DNA of 63,404 nucleotides, filler included, from Conidiobolus incongruus B7586 (Eukaryota): NCBI GenBank assembly GCA_000697335.1. It is 8 parts of 8 records of this genome, joined end to end, with 100 filler letters (N's around TTAATTAATTAA, not from the genome) between each part and the next. Parts side by side here need not be neighbours in the genome. Positions count along the whole stretch, not along the records: positions 52,837 to 60,895 come from JNEM01007420.1; positions 60,996 to 63,404 come from JNEM01007421.1; 6 more parts are not named here. One strand, 5' to 3'. Shown piece by piece: positions 53,859 to 63,404 of this stretch (position 1 is its first letter; each line of letters starts with the position of its first letter). The notes under the pieces were generated by a model. It saw only the letters and a program-made list of their open reading frames with translations, ran no database searches and was not told where the DNA came from. The position numbers and the translations under genes were made by a program.

Positions 53859-55143
53859 TTACCTTGAATTTGAAGTAATGGGAAATTTTTTAATTTCTGA
53901 TTTTTCAAACATATTATTAGTTTGAAATGAATAAATATATACAAATTAATAGGAAATTATATATTTTTAAAATATATATAAATAGTAATTTTTTTGATTA
54001 AAAAATTAACTTTTTAAAATTGGTTGTTTAATTTAATTATATTTAAATCAAATAATAATCATTAAAAGTTTTTTATTTTAGTATCAGTAAAACTTAACCA
54101 TAAATCCTCTAAAATTATTTAAAATTTACAAGCAGCTTTTGGTATTAAAGCATTATTTAAATCAACAATATATTGCTTAGTAAATTATTTTAAAGTTAGG
54201 AGAAAAACTATCTAAAACTTGCTAAAATTTAAAAAACCAACTTCAACTGTTACTCTTTTAATTATTTATAAAGTGAAAAAATATATTAAAAAATACCTTT
54301 TTATTTCAGCTAAAGAGTTATCTAAGCACTTTAATATTAGTTTTATAAGTATTTTAAATTTATTAAAATTTAAACTCAAATTAATAAATAAAAATATAAA
54401 ATAGGTACCTTATAATTTAACTAAAGCTTAAAAAAAAGTTAGAGTAGTTATTACTAAATAAAACTTACTAAAATATTATTAGAAGCTTAAACTTTTACAG
54501 TGAATAATTACAATTGATGAATCTTAAATCCTTATGTATAATCCTTTATTAAAACACAAATCAAAATGCTAGATTAAGCCAAATCAACCCCCTCTACAAA
54601 TCCCTTTAAATAAGCATTTTATTAATAAGTGAATATTAATTATTATAATAGATTATAATTATATATGCTACTTTTATTTAATCTTTAAAGGAAAATTAAT
54701 TAATAGTAAACTTTATATTTTTTTAAATAAAAGTATTTTTAATTGGTGTTTTTAATATAATTTGAGAAAACCTATTATTTTACATAATAATTATAAAATA
54801 CATAAATCTAAAGCTCTAAAAAACTTTTTAATTAAAAATAACTGGAAAAAACTACCATATCTAGTATACTCTTTAGATTATAACTTATATAATTATAATT
54901 GCTTTAGATAATTAAAAAACTAGCTTACAGGAAAGAAAATTTTTACAAGAAAATATAATTGGTTTGTGAAAAATCAAATTTTAGTCTTTAATAAAAAGAA
55001 TTGTTTTTTAAGTATTAGATCTTTGCTAAAAGTATAGCAAAAAGTTATTAATAATAAAGGAAACTATTAAATTTATATTATATATTAAAATATTTATTTA
55101 CTTTAAATCATAAAAAATTCCCATTATTAAAAATGCAAAGTAA
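53859..55143 (+). mobile_element. mariner-like (DD34D) family C, full-length 1285-bp copy, inactivated
   Basis: TA|TTACCTTGAATTTGAAGTAATGGGAA ... TTCCCATTATTAAAAATGCAAAGTAA|TA. Remnants K*VPYNL (WVPHEL motif, ~54400), ITIDES, LHNN and WKKLPYLVYSLDYNL. Confidence 0.93.
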
Positions 55144-55765
55144 TATTTTGAGGTTTCCATCTCTTTAATAGATTGATCCAAGAAAGCAAATAATCTTAAT
55201 CAGCTCCTTATATAAACTATATCTCATTGATTTCTTATCTTTTTTTTATTTGAATATAAAATAAATTTCAAATATTCTAATATTTAAAGTTCAATTTTCA
55301 TTTTTGGATCAATCCTATTATATTTGGATTATTTGACAAAATTTAAATATTATATAATTATAAATTTCAGTTCAAAATTGCTATGAAATTATTTTTAGAC
55401 AATACCTTGAAATATAATATATTGATTTAAATCCTTCAAATTATTCTAACAATAAAAACAAAAATTAATGGAAGAATATTAATAATAATAAGACTTTTTT
55501 ATAACCATTATATTACCTAAATTTATTATATCAACTATATCTTTTTTATTAAATATCAAATTATATTTACAAGGTTTGAATAAATAATATTTATTAACTT
55601 GGGTACAATTTAGGATTCGGGATATCATTTAAAATAAATTTATCTTTCCAAAAACTCATGTTTATAAAAATGGAATTTATATTCACGTATAAAAGGAAAT
55701 TTAGCCAATAATACTGATATAAACATTCTTAGAACTTGGCAAAAAGTTAAATTAGAAAAGCGATT

Positions 55766-56150
55766 TATTGATAGGAGATAACTTCATCATTTACTCTGGA
55801 AACCACGATTACCATATTGAATTGACAAGTCACATTGGAGTACAGATATTTGATAAACTGGTTGATTCCGTCACATTCCGCAAGCAAACCGTTCTTACAT
55901 AAAAATCAACAATAGTATCCAATATAGAATGATGATGAGTATATTAATAAATGGGATATAATTATCTTTTGTCCAAGTTTTCTCATAAAACTCAAATTAA
56001 TCATTGTATCATGACAAGCATGAGATTTTTTATTTTATTTGGAAAATCTAATTTGCAGTTATTATTGCATCTTTTGAAACCCGATCAATCTTCCTTAATT
56101 GATGTTAATATATTGTTTACCACTTGTAATTCCTCATTTCAATTCTAAAA
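55766..56150. repeat. unclassified dispersed ~400-bp repeat, copy 3 (inverted, most diverged)
   Basis: Shares CGATTACC, AAGTCACATTGGAG, AAAAATCAACAAT, CCTTAATT and GTTTACCACT, in order, with the reverse complement of 25586-25997. Confidence 0.72.
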
Positions 56151-58240
56151 TATTACTTTTTGTTTTATTAATGGTAGATATTATATTTCATTGATTAACA
56201 TGGGAAGCAGTTTGATAGTATATAATAATTAACTCTTTTGGTTATTTAAATATCAATATTTTAACCAATTTTTTACGATTACGTTGTCAGAAAATTAATT
56301 AAATAATTAAAAGGGTTCTTAAATTTAATATATTTAAATCAAATATTTTAACTGAAATATAATTCAAATTATAAAAATTGATATATTTATATTTTTAATT
56401 TAATTAATAATTAGTATTTTGTTTAATTTCAAATTTAATTTGCACCATTTGATTATTATGAGAAATTTTCAATATTATAGTTGGATATGACTGAGTGGAA
56501 AAAATTTTTCCAAATTCGTTATTTAGTACCATTTTCTAATACCAACAATACTCATTAAACATATCCAAAAATTTATTTTGTACATTTAATCATAACATTA
56601 ATTTAAAAATCTAGAACTTTTCAAAAATATATTACTAAAAAACTATTCAAAATTATTATCAAAATAATAATTATAATATTATTTTTGAATTGTTATTTAA
56701 GCCTAATTATCTTAAATACTAATATTTTAATATTAATAACTCAAATTATTAGGTTAGTAAAAGTTTTAATTGATAAACTGAATATTTACTAAAATAGTAT
56801 TATGAAGGTATAGTATTAAATAAAATAGTAATTAGTCTGATTGGAACTTTTGTTTAAAAAACATATTATCACTGGATATTTAGTTGAAATAATTTTATAG
56901 AGTAAGATATTTTTATAATTCATTTTATTTTTTATTGTATATAGGAAAAATATCTTTATTTAGTTAATTATTGGAAATATATCTGTATATTAATATATAT
57001 ATTTCATTTTCATTTAACATAATTGACTATTAAATACTTATATAGTTCAATCAATATTAATATTTTATATATCCAAAGTCATAAAATAAACTTTAATTAA
57101 TTCATTTATAATGAATAATAATATAAATTATTTTTCAACTATGCTATATTTATATTCTAATATTTAGTATATAATTGTAAACAATATATTCATTATATTT
57201 AAAAATAATTATTTATATTTTTAATTCTTATTAATTTAATGAAATTAATATTAGATATCTTAAAATTAAGATTCTTCTAAATGATATATCTAATCTCAAC
57301 TATAAATTTTATATTTCATATATCCCTGAAATCAATATATTTTTATTATAAATCATTTTTTTCACTTTTAAGGAATAAAATAGCTTAAGAAATGACATGT
57401 AAAATTCCCATTATTAATGCAACAACTGCTTTCTAAAAGCCCATTTTTAAAAATTTTTTATATACGATATATTTGATATTAATAATATATCATATGATAG
57501 AATAATTATTTTATTTATTGGGAATTAAATCAAGGCTGTTGCATATATGGGGTAAACATTGTATGTTAATGATATATGGAAGATTCCAGAATTGAAATCA
57601 AATATTTTATTTAATTGATCTTAAGTAACAATATGGGTTGTATTATATGGAAAGTGAATTTTACAACCAAGTACAGGTAATTTAAATTAATTGAATCAAT
57701 TTTAATAAAGGCCAAAAATGAATCTTCATAAATCATTCGAGTATTGTGATATGTTTGAATATATAATAAGTAATATTTTCCGATATCATACCAATAAGCT
57801 CAATTATATATTATATGATATCAATATATTATTAGAAATTCAAATTTCAACAGAATGAATTTGATTAATATGCTCAGTCAAAATTAAGAAATTTATTCTC
57901 TTTAATTTCATATCTGCTAATATTGAATTATAAATTTGTTAATAGACAAAATTTGAATTTATTCAATCCATTCATATTAAAAGTTCTCTCAACCCGCAAA
58001 TCACTAGTGGAGCAATTAATACAGTAGTCCTGCATCATTTTCTAAATGTTCGCTTAAGTACTTTTGATAATTTACTAATATAATAATTGACTATTTAATT
58101 AAACCTGAATTTTTTATGATAATTTCCATTTATAATAATATTAAATCACACTATAATATGTTAAGGTTCCAGAAAAAACTAATCAAAATTTCAAAATTTG
58201 ATGTATTTTTCAATATAAATAGACCATTTTTGAAGAAATT

Positions 58241-58269
58241 CAAAGTATCAAAGTATCAAAGTATCAAAG
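58241..58269 (+). repeat. tandem repeat (CAAAGTAT) x 3.6 in the presumed 5' UTR
   Basis: CAAAGTAT CAAAGTAT CAAAGTAT CAAAG, 13 nt before the ATG at 58283. Confidence 0.85.
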
Positions 58270-58282
58270 GAACATAAACACA

Positions 58283-58543
58283 ATGAAATTCGCCATTGCC
58301 AACGTCTTCGCTCTCCTTGTATGCCTCATCGATCCCGCCTCCGCTGTCACCTGTAAGTGCGTTAAGGGTGCTGCCAGCATTACCCGCAACGTTTGCAACA
58401 AACTTAGCTTCAAGGTTGGTACTGACGATAACTATGCTCATATGGGTAGAACTACCTGCTATAACATGACCTGGGACAACACCAATAAGTACTTCATCCC
58501 TGAATGTAAGAGACAAGGTGGTACCGATCATGTCTGCTACTAA
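58283..58543 (+). CDS. small secreted six-cysteine protein, 86 aa, KP6-like cysteine pattern
   Basis: Signal peptide ending ...DPASA and mature region C-x-C-11-C-20-C-15-C-9-C. Strongly biased codons (TTC, GCC, AAC, GTC, AAG, TAC). ATATAAATAG lies 60 nt upstream. Confidence 0.9.
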   Translation: MKFAIANVFALLVCLIDPASAVTCKCVKGAASITRNVCNKLSFKVGTDDNYAHMGRTTCYNMTWDNTNKYFIPECKRQGGTDHVCY

Positions 58544-60895
58544 TCTCCATACTTGTACCTGGAATTTTCTTCTCTATTTATTACTCTAATTTATATTAGA
58601 TCATTTCATAAATATTGGTCACAATTCTGGAGATTTTTTAGATAATTTGAATAAAATATATATTTATGATTATTTCAAGAAATTATTTTAATTTTCAAAT
58701 ATTTAAAATGATTTTAACTCATAAGATAGTATCATTCTTATTTTATTGAAAAATAAAATGTGTGATTAGTTAATACCTTATCTACTACCTATTAACTTTC
58801 CGCCATTCTTTACACACACTATTGATTGTCTCTCCAACTTGCTTATCCTTTTCAATGAATTATAATGCTCTTATTAGTGCATTTGTTTAATAATAATCTC
58901 CTTCCTCGCTCTATAATATCATTAATTCAATATAATGAACTTTATTAATTTTGCTCTCTTTGCCATTGTCGATACCAAGTTTGCAAGAAATATTGACAGA
59001 AATACCCTAAGTTTCATTAATATCAATACCAGTATAGTTTACTGCCTAGTTTTCTAAGGGGGCGAATGGGATGATATATGAATGTCACAATATTTATCCT
59101 AAAAAATATTGGTATTCTTTTTATTAACTAGTATAACAATGATATAGAATCTTATATCATTATAATAGATTGAGAATTTTTATTCTTACTATGGTATTTA
59201 TTTCAATTATTTTGATAATATTATATTTTCATAGCTTTGGTTGCAAAATCACTTAATTCCTATTAATGTACATATATATTTTTTATTTATTCATTTGGAT
59301 TATTATATCAATTAATATTCAACTTTATATAAATTGCTTAGTATTAAGTTATTATATGGATTTTTTAATATGTTGAAACACTAGTTCTGGAAATAATTAT
59401 TTATTATTCTATATAAATTATTTACCTCTATTGATCAAATGATAGATATTTTTATAGTTAATTAAATCATTTAAATAATATTAATCTAAATAATAAAAAT
59501 ATTTTTTTCCTTTTCATTCTTATTATTTTTAAGATTAAGACTATGTTTATTAATTTTATTTGTTATTAAATCTAATATATATATTCTGGCCTATTTTTTT
59601 ATAAACTTAAATAAATTTGTTTGATAATAAATTAACTTATTAAATAGATATTTTATTAAGCCCGCCTCTTTATTATATTATTTTATCATTATTGTGTTAA
59701 ATAAATATAACTTGTAATTCGGATATTTAAAAATACTAATTTTCCAATATCATATACAAAATTTAAAACTTTGATTGATGAACTGAGTTCTAAATATTAT
59801 ATAATTTTAATATTTAAAATAAATCAATTATTCGACAAAACTCTCCAACTCATAATTATTTTAAAATACTACCAAAATAATAACATTTTTATAATTAATT
59901 TGTTTTTTGTTTTCAATGATACATTTGCATATCCATGTTAATTATTTAATATTATATATATAAGATTAAAATTATCACCAAAATTACACTTTTATTTTTG
60001 AATCATAAAGTTTATCTATTATTATATTTTTTTCCTTGAAACAAATTCTTTTATTTTTTAAAACAATTATTACTCAAAAGACTGATATTAGGTGAATAAA
60101 AAGAATGTGTTAATAAATATTAGTTTTTTAATCAACAAGTTCTTGCTGATGCTTATTCATTAGTTTTAATAATTTCATAAATTAAAAATCATTTTAGATA
60201 AATTTTCAATATAAATATATAGAGTTTGATTTTAATAGGTTTATGATAAAATTTATTATTTAAATTAATATTTTAAATCATATTTAACTGAAAATTATAT
60301 CTTCAATATCCAAATTAAATAATATTATTTTTCAAATATTATATATTATGAAATTTATAATAATAATATTGATTTTCAATTTATTATTTTATTTGATTAC
60401 TTGGAAATAAATCATATATTGGAATTTATAATCAAAGAATTTATATGACTATTCTAAATATAATAATATGGATATTAATATATATAGTTATTTATTTTAT
60501 ATATCTATTCTTTAGGTTATTGAATCTTAAAATCAAATAATTCAATACCTTATATTTTTATTTTTTTTATATAAATTTGAATTATAATATAATGAAAAAA
60601 TAATAAAAATATTAAATTATATAGAGATTATTAGCCTTGTTATTAATAGGCTAAAATATAGTTTGAGATATTTTTTAATATTTTATTATTAGCCATTTAT
60701 TTAAACTATTTAATTTTTATTTTTTTAAATATTTTCAGTTTGAGCTGATTAAACTAATTTATAATATTATATTTTACAAAACTTTATATTATTAGTTATT
60801 ATTTAAAAATTTTTATATAAAATAATATAGAATATTTTGTTAAATATTGCATTTTGATAAATATTCCTTATTTATCCATATTAAATTGAAAAAGT

Positions 60896-60995
60896 NNNNN
60901 NNNNNNNNNNNNNNNNNNNNNNNNNNNNNNNNNNNNNNNTTAATTAATTAANNNNNNNNNNNNNNNNNNNNNNNNNNNNNNNNNNNNNNNNNNNN
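60896..60995. other. artificial contig-joining linker
   Basis: N44-TTAATTAATTAA-N44. Confidence 0.97.
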
Positions 60996-61886
60996 AATAT
61001 GATAAAAAGTATATTTATAGGTTAATTATTATTAGTAAATATAATACTATTATAAAAATATAAAAAAAATTATAAAAATATATAATAATATTAATTAGTA
61101 CTTATATTAATATATATATTTTATATTATAATAAATATTATTTATATCTTAAAAAATACTCTTGAAAAAATCCCATTATAAATTTAAATGGTAATTTAAA
61201 TATCACTTTTAAAATTAAATTGAAATTAATTAAAATAAGGTTATTTAATTTAATAAAACAAAAATATAAATTAGTAGATTTATTAAAATAGTTAAATATT
61301 TAATAAATAATAAAAATCTTCTTTATAACCATTATGTTTTTTTTATCTAAAAATATAATGATATATTAATTATAATTTAGGCATATATATTATCTTTTAA
61401 TATAAGATATATTTGTAAAATTGATAAAGGAATTTATATTAAAATATATTAAAATATTTTAAACAATAAATTAAAAATTATTGTATAATATAAGTTAAAT
61501 AAATCAGATATTATTTTTTTAATAATATAATACCTTTTATAATATTATTATTTTTATTACCAAATAATTTAAAAAAAATCAAATAATAGTTTTAAGATAG
61601 TTCTTTGAAATTTTTAACCTTAATCTAATTAAATATCTTTAGGATTAATTAAAAAAATAATTAATATTTTCTTATTAAAAAAAAATTTATATAAGTTTTA
61701 AAAATATATTTAAGAAATTTAGAATAAAATTAATCCTTCTTAATATAAAAATTCAAATTACTTTATATGATATATAATAAAAAGTTAGAAAAGCAAAAAA
61801 TAAATATATTAAGTTTTAATTCTCTTTCCATAACCAAAATATATAAATTTATGACTTATTTTTAATAAAATTGAAATTTTAATATA
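60996..61886 (+). mobile_element. extremely AT-eroded partial Tc1 copy (42613-type subfamily)
   Basis: Colinear with about 43125-44026 (AAGGTTATTTA, TTTATAACCATTAT, TACCAAATAATTTAAAA, CATAACCAAAA). Interrupted at a TA by the next element. Confidence 0.85.
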
Positions 61887-63356
61887 TACTAACCTGTAAA
61901 AATGAGTTATAAAATCAAAAACACCTATATTTTTACTAATAACTTGATTAATATTTAATGAAATAAACCTAAATTAAATAATTAAAATCTATTATATTTA
62001 TTAGTTATATATATCATTAAATGATGATATTTAGCTATTAATTGGCTAAAATATAAACCCTTAAATTTTACCTAAGGTGAGTTATAAATTTGTAGGTTTT
62101 TGGTGATAAAAAAAATTAAAACCTAGTGTATCTACCTTTAGCTTTTATAACTTCTTTAAGTTTGTGGGGTATAGAATCAACTAACTTCTTACACTAAGAA
62201 GGGTTAATCTTGTTCTATACTTCTTGAACATATTCCTAAAGTTAATCTAAATTTTTTACTGGGGGGAAAGCTTTAATAGCTTTTTTTAACTGATCCTAAA
62301 GATATTCAACTAGATTAAGGTTAGGAGATTAAAGAAGCCACTTCATAACTATTATCTTGTTATTTTTAAGCTATTTAATAGTAGAAGCTGTAGTATAGCA
62401 AGAGGCATTATCTTACTGGAAAATAACATTAGATTTATTTAACCTATACTATTTAATGGTTTTTTTCAATTTATTGTTTAGAATACTTTAGTACATCTCA
62501 GCATTAATTCCCTTATTAACTTTACAAAGATACCTTACACCTAAAGACAACATACATCCCCAAACAATAATTAACCCACCATTATACTTTTGGGTAAAAT
62601 TAACATAATAGTCATAAAGTAGTTCTGTATCTTTTCTGAAATATTTAGTTTTTTTTATCAAATCCACTAAAGTATATTTTTGTTTCATTAAACTAAATAA
62701 CCTTATTCTAATCAATTTTAGTTTAATATTAGTAGCAACATTTAAACTCCCACCTAGCTTTATGATGGGATTTTTTTAGTTGGGGGTGTTTTTTCTTGAG
62801 GTATAAGTGGTATCTATGCTAACATAAAGCACATATAATAGTATCAGTGCTAACTAATATTCTTGTATAGTCTCACAGTTCCTGCTGTATTTCTACAGTA
62901 GTACTACATTTGCCTGTATTAACCAACCTATAAATATACTTCTCATCATATTTATCTATAATTTTAACACACTTAAGTTTAGGTTTAAATGTTTCTTTAT
63001 TGCTATTCTTAACAGCTTTAGCTATAATAAACTAGCTAACACTAGTAATTCTAGCAATATCATAAGTTGATTTACCTTCTTTATAAAGTTGATTGATATA
63101 CAAGTGGATTTTTTTAGAGAGGGATATAAGTATAATAATACTAATAAAAAAAATTTAGTATATCTATAAAATATTATATAAAATAATAGCAAAGAGAGAA
63201 AAAAGATATGGTTATATATTGTTAAATATATCCCCTTATCTCAAAAACCTGCAAATTTATGACTCACCTTGGTTAAATATTAAAGGTTAATATTTTTGCT
63301 AATAGTTTACTAAATATATCTAAATATATTTATTTATTATTAAATAATATACCTTA
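61887..63356 (-). mobile_element. Tc1 family A copy, least mutated, lacking the last ~100 bp
   Basis: TA|TACTAACCTGTAAAAATGAG end. Translation TQKYNGGLIIVWGCM...FQ*DNASCYT...KWLL*SPNLNLVE has 34 residues between D and E (DD34E). Similarity to copy 1 stops near 63356. Confidence 0.93.
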
Positions 63357-63404
63357 TTAATATTAATTGTAAAACTATGCCATTATTATAATTCTATATT
63401 AATA

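Noticed and set aside
55951..56148. 65-aa ORF
   Set aside because: Lies inside the third copy of the unclassified repeat, and this frame is not open in the other copies.

Overview
Very AT-rich eukaryotic DNA, almost certainly fungal (spliceosomal introns of 55-118 nt, a fungal-type LIM-RhoGAP). An early-diverging lineage such as Entomophthoromycotina is my unverified guess. The window is eight contigs joined by seven identical 100-bp artificial linkers (N44-TTAATTAATTAA-N44), so adjacency across a linker is not biological evidence. Intact genes: a PTC7-type PP2C phosphatase, a 7-exon LRG1-like LIM-RhoGAP, mitochondrial ribosomal protein uS2m (MRP4), a 3-exon disordered protein ending in a CENP-C/CENPC-k-like motif, a 4-EF-hand calmodulin-like protein, and two small secreted six-cysteine proteins, one with a KP6-toxin-like pattern. 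Much of the rest is dead transposons: a Tc1 (DD34E) family with IR/DR-type ends, a ~1.3-kb mariner (DD34D) family, and two full-length Ty3/gypsy elements (one with a chromodomain), partly stacked in a four-level nest. All repeats show strong C-to-T/G-to-A hypermutation, with almost no CpG left and a CpA-to-TpA bias typical of repeat-induced point mutation (RIP), while genes keep their CpGs. An unclassified ~400-bp sequence occurs in three diverged copies. All calls were made by eye; no searches were run.
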